Shown here in pieces: positions 9,903-19,608 of a stretch of DNA of 61,480 nucleotides. The number at the start of each line of letters is the position of its first letter. Position 1 is the first letter of the stretch. A program made the translations under genes and the position numbers. Under the pieces are notes generated by a model. The model saw nothing but the letters and a program-made list of their open reading frames with translations. It did not search any database and was not told the origin of the DNA. The stretch spans positions 1 through 61,480 of the forward strand of contig JBBSMX010000005.1 in NCBI GenBank assembly GCA_038232935.1. The letters run 5' to 3'. This DNA is from Rhodothermales bacterium (GTDB lineage Bacteria > Bacteroidota > Rhodothermia > Rhodothermales > JANQRZ01).

Positions 9903-11183
9903 TCAGAGACTTTGCGGGGGAACGTAGCCGGCCCCGGCGCGCTCGGCGGTTTTGTCCGCCCGGTAGCCCGAGGCACGGAACGTGGCGACCGGATCGAGCG
10001 CACCGCCTTGCCGATGCCGCGCCTCGGCGACGAGCGCGGACACATCGGTCTCGTACGCCTCCTTCAGCGACTGCTCGGCCATCAGCACGTCGTTCGCCTG
10101 TTGATAGTCGGAGAGGGCCTCGCGCCGTACGAGGAGTGCTTTCGCGTAGGCCCGTTGCAGGTTGTCGACGGTCTGCACGAGGGCCTCGATCGGATCCTTG
10201 ACGTTGTGGCTCTGGTCGATCATGTACGCCGGTGCGAACCCGTCGTGCTCCGCCGCGGCGTCCACGAGTTCGTTGAAGACGAGGAAGAGCTGGTACGGTT
10301 TGATCGAGCCGGCCGTGAGGTCGTCGTCGCCGTACTTCGAGTCGTTGAAGTGGAAGCCGCCGAGCTTGCCCGCCGTCACGAGCCGCGCCACAACGAGCTC
10401 GACGTTCGTGTTCGGGAGATGATGCCCGAGATCGACGAGGCACGACGCCCGCTCGCCGAGCGCCTGCGCCAGCAGCAGCGACGAGCCCCAGTCCTGCACG
10501 ACGGTGGCGTAGAATGCGGGCTCGTAGGGCTTGTGCTCGGTGAAGAGACGCCAGTCGTCGGGGAGCGCGGCATAGACTTCGGCCAGCCCGTCGCGGACGC
10601 GCTCGAAGCTCTTGCGCAGGTGCATCTGGCCGGGGTAGTTGCTGCCGTCGGCCAGCCACACCGTGATCGACGAGGACCCGAGCGCCTGGCCGACCTCGAT
10701 CACATGGAGGTTATGGGCCACCGCCTGCTCGCGCACCACGGCGTCCGTGTGGCTGAACGAGCCAAACTTGTAGCTGTGCGCCTGCCCGACCTGATCCTGA
10801 AAGGTGTTCGAGTTGACCGCGTCGAAGCCAAGGCCGAGCGCGACAGCGTGGTCGCGGAGCGCCCCAGCGTCGTCGGGCTCGTCCCACGGGATGTGGAGCG
10901 AAACGCTCGGCGTCGCCCCTGTCAGCCGGTGGATGGCGGCGATGTCCTCCATCTTCTCGAACACGTCGCGCGGCTCGCCGCTGCCGGGGTAGCGGCCGAA
11001 TCGCGTACCGCCTGTCCCGAGCGCCCACGACGGCACCGCCACGTCGAAACTCATAACCCGCCCCACGATGTCTTCGGCGTCGAGACCCCGCCGCTGCAGC
11101 ACCTCGCCGAGGTGCTCGAAGTCGCGCCGGTGGGCGTCGTGGAGAGACCGGTTCGTCGTGGCGATGGACTCGGCGGTCGGCAT
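9903..11183 (-). CDS. rhaI: L-rhamnose isomerase (RhaI type)
   Basis: PSWALGTGGTRF, LHIPWD, NSNTFQDQ, EHKPYEP, DLGHH, FHFNDSKYGDDDL and MIDQSHN motifs. Confidence 0.9.
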   Translation of the reverse strand: MPTAESIATTNRSLHDAHRRDFEHLGEVLQRRGLDAEDIVGRVMSFDVAVPSWALGTGGTRFGRYPGSGEPRDVFEKMEDIAAIHRLTGATPSVSLHIPWDEPDDAGALRDHAVALGLGFDAVNSNTFQDQVGQAHSYKFGSFSHTDAVVREQAVAHNLHVIEVGQALGSSSITVWLADGSNYPGQMHLRKSFERVRDGLAEVYAALPDDWRLFTEHKPYEPAFYATVVQDWGSSLLLAQALGERASCLVDLGHHLPNTNVELVVARLVTAGKLGGFHFNDSKYGDDDLTAGSIKPYQLFLVFNELVDAAAEHDGFAPAYMIDQSHNVKDPIEALVQTVDNLQRAYAKALLVRREALSDYQQANDVLMAEQSLKEAYETDVSALVAEARHRQGGALDPVATFRASGYRADKTAERAGAGYVPPQSL

Positions 11184-11292
11184 GCGGATGTGTAGGCTTC
11201 TGGTCAGCAGAAGGGAGCGGACGAGGGAAGGAGCGGCTAGAAAAAGCCGGTTTCCCTCTGGCTTTTGTCTAAGGTACTCCTATCTTAGCATT

Positions 11293-11325
11293 GATTCATA
11301 ATTGAAATCGTGTTTTAAATATCAA
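11293..11325. promoter_or_regulatory. AT-rich palindromic operator candidate in divergent promoter (IclR/KdgR-like)
   Basis: GATTCA-TAAT-TGAAAT-CGT-GTTTTA-AATA-TCAAC; core AATTGAAATCGTGTTTTAAAT resembles the KdgR box TGAAAC-N3-GTTTCA. Confidence 0.5.
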
Positions 11326-11353
11326 CCCCGACCTCACACGCCCCGCCGCTGCT

Positions 11354-11893
11354 ATGGCCCGACGCCTCCTGCCCGCGCTTCTACTCTTCGCCCTCGTGAC
11401 GCTTGCGAGCCATCCCGCCCCGCCCCCGCCCGACCCCGAGTTCAGGGGAACGTGGGTGCTCGACGATTCGCTCAGCCGCGCCATCGACCCGTGGCGGAAT
11501 CTCACGGTCGAGATCGACGTCGAGGGCGACGCCGTCATTTTAAAGCGCCTGTGGCGCGGCTCCCGCGAGGGCGGCGCGTCCGTCGACTCGGTCCGGCTCG
11601 TGCCCGGCACGACGGTCCGCAGCGAACCGATGCTCCAGTGGCCCGACGAGCGCCACCTCGGAGCCTACATCGCCGGCGACCGCACCAAGTCCGTCGCCTC
11701 GCGGTGGGCCGACGACGAGCGCACGCTCATCACCGAGTCCGACTTCGTCGTGAGCGTGCAGCAGGGCGAGCATCCCGTCCGCGTCTACACCGAGTACCGC
11801 CTCTCCCCCGGGGGCGACCGCCTCGACGTAATGGAACTGCGCTCGACCCGCCCGCGCCCGATCCACTACGTCTTCACCCGCGCCGACGCTTGA
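11354..11893 (+). CDS. Secreted hypothetical protein, beta-rich (lipocalin-like barrel?)
   Basis: Signal peptide MARRLLPALLLFALVTLA; F.GTW.LD motif; alternating beta-strand pattern; first gene of the + strand block. Confidence 0.6.
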   Translation: MARRLLPALLLFALVTLASHPAPPPPDPEFRGTWVLDDSLSRAIDPWRNLTVEIDVEGDAVILKRLWRGSREGGASVDSVRLVPGTTVRSEPMLQWPDERHLGAYIAGDRTKSVASRWADDERTLITESDFVVSVQQGEHPVRVYTEYRLSPGGDRLDVMELRSTRPRPIHYVFTRADA

Positions 11894-11898
11894 ACCCG

Positions 11899-13581
11899 AT
11901 GCCTCCCATGCTCCGTCTGCTCTCCGCACTCTTCCTCTCGCTCCTGCTGGTGACGTCCTCCGCCGCCCAGAACGCTGAGCCTCCCGCCCGCGACGCCACG
12001 ATGATGCGGCTCGGTGAGAACTGGCAACTCGATGGCGACCTCCCCGTCCATTCGCTGCTCATCAGCCTGCAAGGCATCGCCAACCGCGCCGAGCCCCGGC
12101 TCTACTTCATCTACCCGCCCGCCTGGACGTTCACCTTCACCGAGTCCGTCTACGACTACTACCAGAAGACCCACCACGTCACGTTCGACGAGATCGACTC
12201 GGCGGAGGCGGCGCTCGACCGGTTCGCGCAGTACGCCGACGGCTACGTGGTGTGGGACGACAGCGTGCGGACCTCGCTCATCGTCGCGTTCACGGTCGCC
12301 GGGCTGGAGAACGCCGTCGTCGTCAACGAGGCGCTGATCCCGATGGCTGAGGCGCACGGGCTGAAGCTGGTGGACGATCTTCGCGGGCGCTATCGCGGGC
12401 AGAGCGACTACGAGATTTACTCAGATGCGTGGGAGCGCTACGGCGACCGCACGAGCAAGGACTTCGTGGTGTGGATGGGCGGCGTGCATGGCAATGCGAT
12501 GGAGCCCGGCGTCGCCGACTTCGGGATCTACCAGCGGGCGTTCTTCACCGACCTCTCCGCCAACCCCGAAGACGCCGACGAGTACCGCCTCGCCGACGAG
12601 GTGCTCGGCGCGATGGACGATGGCGCGCTCGTGATGGGCTGGCACTCGTACGCCAAAGACACCGAGGGGCAGCACGTCACGCTCGTCTCGCAGAACGCGC
12701 TGCGGATGGAAGGCCTCAACTCGCTCCCCAACACCAGCTTCAACACCCACATCCCGACGACGCCGGGCTATACGTTCGAGAACAACCATAACGTCGAGCC
12801 GGACGAGGTGCTCGTGCCCAGGGCGAAGGTCTACGTCTCGGCCGTGCAGACGGACGGGCTCGGCCTCGGCGCATGGCTCAAGCCGGGGCGCGGCCAGATG
12901 CCCTACGCGTGGGAGGTGACGATGAACTGGTCGTGGATGAGCCCCGCGCTCCTCCAGTATTTCTACGAGCAGGCGACCCCGAACGACTACTTCATCGGCG
13001 TCCTCTCCGGCCCCGGCTACATGTACCCGAAGGCGATCCCCGACGACAAGCGCCCGCTCCTCATCGAGGAGGCCCGCAAGCTCACGGACACGCTCGACCT
13101 CCGCGTCTTCGAGATCATGGACTACTCCGAGGGCACGCGCACCCTCGGCAACCTCGACCTCACGAAGGAGGTCGTGGATGACTACTACGAGGGAATGCCC
13201 GACGCGATTGGCTTCATCAACGGCTACGGTCCGGCCAACACCTACGACCTCCGAGACGGCCGCCCGCTCGTCTCGTTCGACTACTACCTCGGCGAGCGCC
13301 GCCCGAGCGAAGAAGCCGTCGCCGACTTGCAAGAGCTGGCGCTGATGAATCCGGAGCGCCCGTACTTCCTCCTCCTCCACATCCGCCAGTGGAGCACGAT
13401 CGAGCACGTCAAGAACATCCTCGACCAGCTCGGGCCGGAGTTCGAGGTCGTCCCGCTCGACACCTTCCTCAAGCTCGCCGCGAGCCAGCCGGACTTCGAG
13501 CCGCGCTACGCGAGTCCGGATCGCCCGCTCACTGGCCCCCTCCACGCGCCCGGCTCTCGCGGCGCCCAACCTCAGCGATAA
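11899..13581 (+). CDS. GxGYxYP-domain putative glycoside hydrolase, secreted
   Basis: Signal peptide, SLQGIANR, GYVVWD, VMGW and the SGPGYMYP signature; start 11899 or 11908. Confidence 0.85.
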   Translation: MPPMLRLLSALFLSLLLVTSSAAQNAEPPARDATMMRLGENWQLDGDLPVHSLLISLQGIANRAEPRLYFIYPPAWTFTFTESVYDYYQKTHHVTFDEIDSAEAALDRFAQYADGYVVWDDSVRTSLIVAFTVAGLENAVVVNEALIPMAEAHGLKLVDDLRGRYRGQSDYEIYSDAWERYGDRTSKDFVVWMGGVHGNAMEPGVADFGIYQRAFFTDLSANPEDADEYRLADEVLGAMDDGALVMGWHSYAKDTEGQHVTLVSQNALRMEGLNSLPNTSFNTHIPTTPGYTFENNHNVEPDEVLVPRAKVYVSAVQTDGLGLGAWLKPGRGQMPYAWEVTMNWSWMSPALLQYFYEQATPNDYFIGVLSGPGYMYPKAIPDDKRPLLIEEARKLTDTLDLRVFEIMDYSEGTRTLGNLDLTKEVVDDYYEGMPDAIGFINGYGPANTYDLRDGRPLVSFDYYLGERRPSEEAVADLQELALMNPERPYFLLLHIRQWSTIEHVKNILDQLGPEFEVVPLDTFLKLAASQPDFEPRYASPDRPLTGPLHAPGSRGAQPQR

Positions 13582-13585
13582 TGCC

Positions 13586-16015
13586 ATGGACCGCCGCCGA
13601 TTCGTCCACCTCACCGGCGTATCGGGTGCCGCCCTCGCCCTCAGCCCCCACCACCTCTTCCCCGGCAGCGACCTTCTGGCCGGCGTCTCACCCACCGCCG
13701 CGCGCGCCGCTCTCGCAGCGCTGCGCGGCGAGGCACCGTGCCAGGCCGAGGTCCGCTCCGAACGCGGCGGACCTCGGCTGTTCGTCAACGGCGAGGAGAA
13801 GGTGCCCGTGTGGGGCCTGAGTATCTCCCTCCTCGAAACCGTCGAGAACTTCCAGGGGATGGGGATGCAGCTCCTCCAGCCGCAGATGGGCATGGCGAGC
13901 GCGTGGACGGGGCCGGGGCAGTACGACTTCACCGCGCTCGAAACCTATCTCGGGCAGGTGCTCGCCCTCGCCCCGAACGCCTTCTTCTTCCCGCGCGTGC
14001 AGCTCCTCACGCCGGTCTGGTGGAAGGAGATGCATCCGGAGGAGACGATGCAGTTCGGGGCGGACGTGCCCGCCCGCTACTGGGACGGCTGGCGCACGCG
14101 GCCCGAGAACAACCCGCTCCGCGAGGGCAACCACCACTTCACCAACTTCTACGGCGAGGCGTGGGAGGCCTCGTGGGCGTCCGAGGTCTGGCGGCGCGAC
14201 ACGGCCGACATGCTCCGCGCGCTCGTCCGCTTCATCGAGCAGAGCCCGCTCGTGAGCCGGATGATGGGCTATTTCTTCGTCCACGGCAACACCGAGGAGT
14301 GGAACGTCGGCGGCGACAACTGGTGGCCGGGCTACGAGGCCCCGATGCAGCGCGCGGCCGGCCCGGTGCCGCCGCCGCGCGAGCGGCTCGACGCCTCATT
14401 CGGGCTGCTCCGCGACCCAGCGCAGGAGCAGAACGTCATCCACTTCTACCGCCGCTTCCACGAGGTCCGTGCCGAGACGGTCGCGCACCTCGCCCGCGCC
14501 ATCAAGGAGACGATGACGAATCCGGTCATCACCGGCACGTTCTTCGGCTACCTGATGGAGACGCCGCGTATTCAGGAGAGCGGCCACCTCGCGCCGAAAG
14601 CGGTCTTGGAGAGCCCGCACGTGGACGTGATCGCCTGCCCCTACACCTACGTCGCGACCAACGATCCGGCGAAGGCACGCTGGGAGAGTGACCTCTACGA
14701 CGGCGCCGACAACTGGCTCGGGCGCTCGCGCGGCGTGGGCGGCGACGGGTCGTTTCGCTCGATGGTCGAGTCGTACCGGAGGCGCGGCAAGCTCTACATC
14801 TCCGAGATCGATCCCGGCTCGTACCGTCATCAGGCGAGCATGTGGAAGGAGATCGGCGGCTCCGGCTCGACGACGCCCGAGGGCACGGTCAACATCCTGC
14901 GCCGCGACTTCGGCAACGTGCTCTCGGCTAACACCGGCGGCTGGCTCTACGACTTCGGCCCGTACAACTTCTCGGACTGGGGCCTCGACGAGAAGACGCC
15001 CGGCGGCTGGTACGGCGCGCCCGAAATCATCGACGCCGTCGGCGGCGTCATCCGGCTGATGCGGGCACGTCTCGAAAGCGATATCTCGTCGGTGGCGAAG
15101 GTCGTCGTCGTGGGCGACCCGGAGGGCTTTCTCGTGTCGCGCCACTGGCTCCACGAGCGGCCGTGGCCGGGGCAGGGCATCCGCTACACGGACCTGTTCA
15201 ACCACTGGTTCTTCAACGCGCAGGGCCGCGCCCTCTACCGCGGCGGCCAGCCCGTCGACCTGCTCTACCGCGACGACCTCACGGCCGAGGACTGCCGCCG
15301 CTACCGGCTAATCCTCGTCCCCAACGCGTTCCTGCTCACGCCCGACGAGGTGGACGAGATGCAGGCGCGCCTGCGCGGCTCCGACGCGACGGTGATTTGG
15401 TACTACGCCCCCGGCCTGCTGCGCCCCGAGAAGGATGGCGTGGCGGGCGGCGTGGATCGCGCGCAGATGGAGCGCCTGACCGGCTTCCGCTTCTACGAGA
15501 TCGACGACCCCGGCCCGTTCCTGATCGAGGCGACGGTGCCCGGCGCGGGCACCCAGACGTTCGGCATCAAGAGCCCGCAGTACTATACGCCTCGTTTCAG
15601 CGTCGAGCCCGGTGACGGCGTGGAAGCACTCGGCCACTGGACGCTCGCCGAGCCGCAGCCCGACGGGACGCCCCGCGCGGCCTTCGCCCGCAGGCAGATG
15701 GACGGCTGGACGAGCATCTACTGCGGCACCCCACCGATGCCCGCCGAATTCCTGCGTCAGTTTGCGACGGAGGCCGGTGCCGCACCGTGGACGGACCGCC
15801 CGGCCATCGTCAACGCCTCGCGCGCCGGAGCGATGGTCGTCTGCACGGACCCGCCCACGGAGTACGGCGCTCCCACTGGAGCCACGGAACGCCCCTCGCC
15901 GCCCCCCCTCACCATCACGTTCCCGTTCCCACTCCGCGACGAGACTGGCGGCCCGGCTCGCACGACCCATACGCTCGCACTAGACTTCGGCGACGTGCGC
16001 CTCTTCACGCCCTGA
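13586..16015 (+). CDS. Tat-exported GH42-like (clan GH-A) putative glycoside hydrolase, paralog 1
   Basis: MDRRRFV Tat signal; W.GPGQYDF, P.WW..HPEE, SWAS.VWR and G.TEEW; C-terminal trimerisation-like domain (PVDLL...YRLILVPN). Confidence 0.6.
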   Translation: MDRRRFVHLTGVSGAALALSPHHLFPGSDLLAGVSPTAARAALAALRGEAPCQAEVRSERGGPRLFVNGEEKVPVWGLSISLLETVENFQGMGMQLLQPQMGMASAWTGPGQYDFTALETYLGQVLALAPNAFFFPRVQLLTPVWWKEMHPEETMQFGADVPARYWDGWRTRPENNPLREGNHHFTNFYGEAWEASWASEVWRRDTADMLRALVRFIEQSPLVSRMMGYFFVHGNTEEWNVGGDNWWPGYEAPMQRAAGPVPPPRERLDASFGLLRDPAQEQNVIHFYRRFHEVRAETVAHLARAIKETMTNPVITGTFFGYLMETPRIQESGHLAPKAVLESPHVDVIACPYTYVATNDPAKARWESDLYDGADNWLGRSRGVGGDGSFRSMVESYRRRGKLYISEIDPGSYRHQASMWKEIGGSGSTTPEGTVNILRRDFGNVLSANTGGWLYDFGPYNFSDWGLDEKTPGGWYGAPEIIDAVGGVIRLMRARLESDISSVAKVVVVGDPEGFLVSRHWLHERPWPGQGIRYTDLFNHWFFNAQGRALYRGGQPVDLLYRDDLTAEDCRRYRLILVPNAFLLTPDEVDEMQARLRGSDATVIWYYAPGLLRPEKDGVAGGVDRAQMERLTGFRFYEIDDPGPFLIEATVPGAGTQTFGIKSPQYYTPRFSVEPGDGVEALGHWTLAEPQPDGTPRAAFARRQMDGWTSIYCGTPPMPAEFLRQFATEAGAAPWTDRPAIVNASRAGAMVVCTDPPTEYGAPTGATERPSPPPLTITFPFPLRDETGGPARTTHTLALDFGDVRLFTP

Positions 16016-16119
16016 GACGTGGCGGACCGCAGATCCCCGCTTCGCTCTCCCGGCTCGTCCACCTCCTCGTTGAATGCGTCTCAACCGGGACTCTTTCAGC
16101 TTTCTAGCCTCGCCACCCG

Positions 16120-18483
16120 ATGCACCGCCGCACGTTCGTCCACCAGATGGGGCTTGCCGCCGGCGCTGCTGCCCTGACGCCCGCCGACCTCGTCTTCCCC
16201 GGAACCGAAGCACTCACCGGCATCTCGCAGGACGAAGTGCGCACCGCACTGGACGCCCTTCGAGATGAGCGCCCGTGCCGCTCGGAGGTGCGCACCGAGC
16301 GCGGCGGCCCGCGTCTCTTCGTCAACGACGAGGAGGTCGTCCCGTTCTGGGGACTGAGCACGGCGCTCCTCACAGGCTCGCTCGCCGCCTTCCAAGGCAT
16401 GGGGATCCAGCTCATCCAGCCCAACCTGGGGATGACCGACTCGTGGACGGGCCCCGGTCAGTACGACTTCACCGTGCTGGAGGACTACATGGCGCGCCTG
16501 CTCGTCCTCGCCCCCGACGCCTTCTTTTTCCCCCGGATGCACCTCATCACACCCATCTGGTGGAAGGACGCGCATCCCGACGAAATCGGCGTGCTCGGCA
16601 TGGGCGACCCGGGGCAGACGTGGGACATCATCAAAACGGCGGGCTTCTCCCCCGGCGAGGGCAACAAGCGCTTCGCCCCCATGATCGAGTCCCGCGAAGC
16701 ATCCTACGCGTCCGACGTGTGGCGGCGCGACACAGCCGATATGCTCCGCGCCTTCGTCCGGTTCATCGAGCAGAGCTCGCTCGTGAGCCGGATGATGGGT
16801 TACTTCCCCGTCCACGGCAATACCGAGGAGTGGAACACATGGGGCGACGACTTCATGCCGGACTACAGCGCGCCGATGCAGCGCGTGGCCGGCCCGATCC
16901 CGTCCGTGCGCGAGCGGATCCACTCGAGCTACGGGCTGCTCCGCGATCCGGACACGGAGGGCGACGTGCTCGCCTTCTATCGCGCCTTCCACGGCGTGCG
17001 GGCCGAGACCGCCGCTGCCCTCGCGGCAACGATCAAGGCCGCCATGGACCGGCGCGTCATCGTGGGCACGTTCTTCGGCTACCTGATGGAGACGCCGCGC
17101 ATCCAGGAGAGCGGCCACCTCAACCCCGACGCTGTCCTCGAAAGCCCCGACATCGACTGCATCGCCTGCCCATACACGTACATCGCCACCAACGACCCGG
17201 CCGTGGACCGGATGGAGAGCGACCTCTACGACGGGGCCGACACGTGGCTCGGCCGCGGGCGCGGCGTCGGCGGTGACGGCGCGTTCCGCTCGATGGTCGA
17301 GTCCTACCAGCGGCGCGGCAAGCTCTACATCTCCGAGATGGACCCGAGCACCTACCTCGACGTCGAGGACCGCTGGCGTATCATCGGCGGATCCGGCCAC
17401 GCCACGAAGGAGGGGACGCTCAAGATCCTGCAGCGCGACCTCGGCAACGTGATGGCGGCGGGCGTGGGCGGCTGGCTCTACGACTTCGGCCCCCTCTTCG
17501 GCGTCCCCCAGGGGTGGTACGGCGACGCGCCCATCATCGACGCGTGCCGGCCCGTGCTGAACCTGATGCAGGCGCGCCTGACCCACGACATCGGATCGGT
17601 CGCGCAGATCGCGGTGGCGGGCGACTGCGAAAGCTTCTTCGTCACCCGTCACTGGCAGGACAGCCGCCCGTGGCCGGGGCAAGGCATCCGCTATACCGAC
17701 TTCTTCAACCACTGGTTCTTGAACGCGCAGGCACGCTCCGTCAACCGCATCGGCGCGCCTCACGACCTGCTCTACCGGACCGACCTGCGGGCAGAGGACT
17801 TCCGCCGCTACCGGCTGGTCCTGATCCCTAACACGTTTCTGTTACGACCCGACGAGGTGGACGCGCTCCATGAGAAACTGGCGGGCAGCGGCGTGACGGT
17901 CGTCTGGTACTACGCGCCCGGTCTCCTTCAGCCAGACCGTGTGGATCTATCCCAGATGGAGCGGCTCACGGGCTTCCGGTTCGAGGAACTCCACGCACCG
18001 GGGGCGCTGATGATCGATGCGCTCGAACCGGACGGGCAGAAGAAGCCGTTCGGCATCAAGAGCCCGCTTCTCTACAACCCCCGCTTCGCGGTGAAGGGCG
18101 ACACCGACGAGGGCGTGGAGCCCCTGGGATGGTGGGCGGAGACCGATCAGACGGCGTTCGCGCGCCGGACGATGGACGGCTGGGCGAGCGTCTACGTCGG
18201 CACGGCCCCGCTGCCGGTGTTGGTCCTGCGGCGGCTCGCCGCAGACGCCGGGGCCACGCTGTGGACCGACCGACCGGCCGTCGTGACGGCCTCGCGGGCC
18301 GGCGCGATGGTCGTCGGGCAGGACGGCCCGCCCTCGCCCGGCACGAGCGAGCCCGGCGAGGGCACGTCCGCATCGCTCACCGTCACGTTCCCGTTCGCGA
18401 TGGCGGACGCGAGCGGCGGCCCAGCCCGCACCGTCCACACGCTCGCGCTCGACTTCGGCGACGTGCGTCTCTTCACGCCCTGA
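16120..18483 (+). CDS. Tat-exported GH42-like putative glycoside hydrolase, paralog 2
   Basis: MHRRTFV Tat signal; colinear with 13586..16015, with long identical blocks (GTFFGYLMETPRIQESGHL, HTLALDFGDVRLFTP). Confidence 0.6.
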   Translation: MHRRTFVHQMGLAAGAAALTPADLVFPGTEALTGISQDEVRTALDALRDERPCRSEVRTERGGPRLFVNDEEVVPFWGLSTALLTGSLAAFQGMGIQLIQPNLGMTDSWTGPGQYDFTVLEDYMARLLVLAPDAFFFPRMHLITPIWWKDAHPDEIGVLGMGDPGQTWDIIKTAGFSPGEGNKRFAPMIESREASYASDVWRRDTADMLRAFVRFIEQSSLVSRMMGYFPVHGNTEEWNTWGDDFMPDYSAPMQRVAGPIPSVRERIHSSYGLLRDPDTEGDVLAFYRAFHGVRAETAAALAATIKAAMDRRVIVGTFFGYLMETPRIQESGHLNPDAVLESPDIDCIACPYTYIATNDPAVDRMESDLYDGADTWLGRGRGVGGDGAFRSMVESYQRRGKLYISEMDPSTYLDVEDRWRIIGGSGHATKEGTLKILQRDLGNVMAAGVGGWLYDFGPLFGVPQGWYGDAPIIDACRPVLNLMQARLTHDIGSVAQIAVAGDCESFFVTRHWQDSRPWPGQGIRYTDFFNHWFLNAQARSVNRIGAPHDLLYRTDLRAEDFRRYRLVLIPNTFLLRPDEVDALHEKLAGSGVTVVWYYAPGLLQPDRVDLSQMERLTGFRFEELHAPGALMIDALEPDGQKKPFGIKSPLLYNPRFAVKGDTDEGVEPLGWWAETDQTAFARRTMDGWASVYVGTAPLPVLVLRRLAADAGATLWTDRPAVVTASRAGAMVVGQDGPPSPGTSEPGEGTSASLTVTFPFAMADASGGPARTVHTLALDFGDVRLFTP

Positions 18484-18495
18484 TCCGTGATGCAC

Positions 18496-19596
18496 TCACC
18501 GGCACGGCCCCGGCTCGACGGCGAGGGCGATCTGGCGCGCCTCGGCGGTATCCACGGCCGTGTAAAAGTGGTGGTGCCGGGCGTCGGTCCGCAGCACGAA
18601 CGGCTTGTGCGCGTGCTGGGCATCGAACGCTCCCGGCTCGCCGACCCGCAGCACGGGATTGCCCTCGTACGGCACCCAGCCGAGCGGGAAGTCCTCCGCA
18701 CTCGTCATCGCGAGGCCATCCTGCGCCTGCGTCCGATCCCAGCTGTAATAGGCCATGTACCACGTGTCCCCGACCCGGTAGAGGCTGGGGTCCCCGGCCC
18801 GGCCCGTCGCATCCCACGCGCCGGGCTCACGGCTGCCGACGAGCAGCGGGTTGTGCTCATCGTGGACGGTCCAGGTCTGCAGGTCGGGCGAGGATGCGTA
18901 GCCGATGAACTCCTCTGCCTGACCGTCCACGACGCCCGAGGCATTGAAGAAGAGGTAGTAGGTACCGTCCACCTTCACAACGTTCGGGTGCCAGATCGCA
19001 TCGCGCCGCCACCCCTCGCCGGCCGGCCCGATGATCGGGTTGCCCGCGTAACGCTCCCACGCCACGAGATCAGCCGATGTCGCGAGGTTGAGCGTTTTGC
19101 GTCCGCCTTCGTAACCGGCTTCCGTAGTCCCGAAATAGAACAAGTAGTACCTCCCGCCTTCGAGCCACATGAACGGGCCGGTAACGCCCGCTTCATCCGG
19201 ACTGCCTGCCTCATCATTTGCCGAGAGGATCGGGCTGCGCGTGTCTTTCTCCCAGGTCATCAGGTCGTCGCTCCAGGCGAGCCCGATGCGTGGCCCGCCC
19301 ACCGACGCGTAACCCCGCCGCTCCGGGTACCGGAGGTCGTAGCCGGTGTAGACCATTCCGTAGCGCGCCCGCGTGCTGTCGTACCACACGGCCGGCGACT
19401 CGACCATCCCGCCGTCCCAGGCCTCGGCCGTGCCGACGGGGAGCACCACACCGCATTTCGCCAGCGTCGCGCCGGGCGGGGCAGTCTGTTCAGGACGCAC
19501 AGCACCCGGCCCACACCCCTGCACGAACACGGCGGCTAGTACGACTAGCCGCCAGCACAGAGAACGTTTTCTTTTGCTTCCGTCCGTTTTTCGCAT
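18496..19596 (-). CDS. Lipoprotein, five-bladed beta-propeller glycoside hydrolase-like (GH43/32/117/130 fold)
   Basis: Lipobox-like VQGC; repeated blades WD...V..P.V, Y.M.Y.G, IG.A.S.DL..W, NP.L. Confidence 0.7.
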   Translation of the reverse strand: MRKTDGSKRKRSLCWRLVVLAAVFVQGCGPGAVRPEQTAPPGATLAKCGVVLPVGTAEAWDGGMVESPAVWYDSTRARYGMVYTGYDLRYPERRGYASVGGPRIGLAWSDDLMTWEKDTRSPILSANDEAGSPDEAGVTGPFMWLEGGRYYLFYFGTTEAGYEGGRKTLNLATSADLVAWERYAGNPIIGPAGEGWRRDAIWHPNVVKVDGTYYLFFNASGVVDGQAEEFIGYASSPDLQTWTVHDEHNPLLVGSREPGAWDATGRAGDPSLYRVGDTWYMAYYSWDRTQAQDGLAMTSAEDFPLGWVPYEGNPVLRVGEPGAFDAQHAHKPFVLRTDARHHHFYTAVDTAEARQIALAVEPGPCR

Positions 19597-19608
19597 TACC
19601 GCTTTCCG

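Noticed and set aside
11238..11271. Inverted repeat TAGAAAAAGCC...GGCTTTTGTCTA
   Set aside because: Lies between divergent genes so is unlikely to be a terminator; single occurrence with no match to the other motif.
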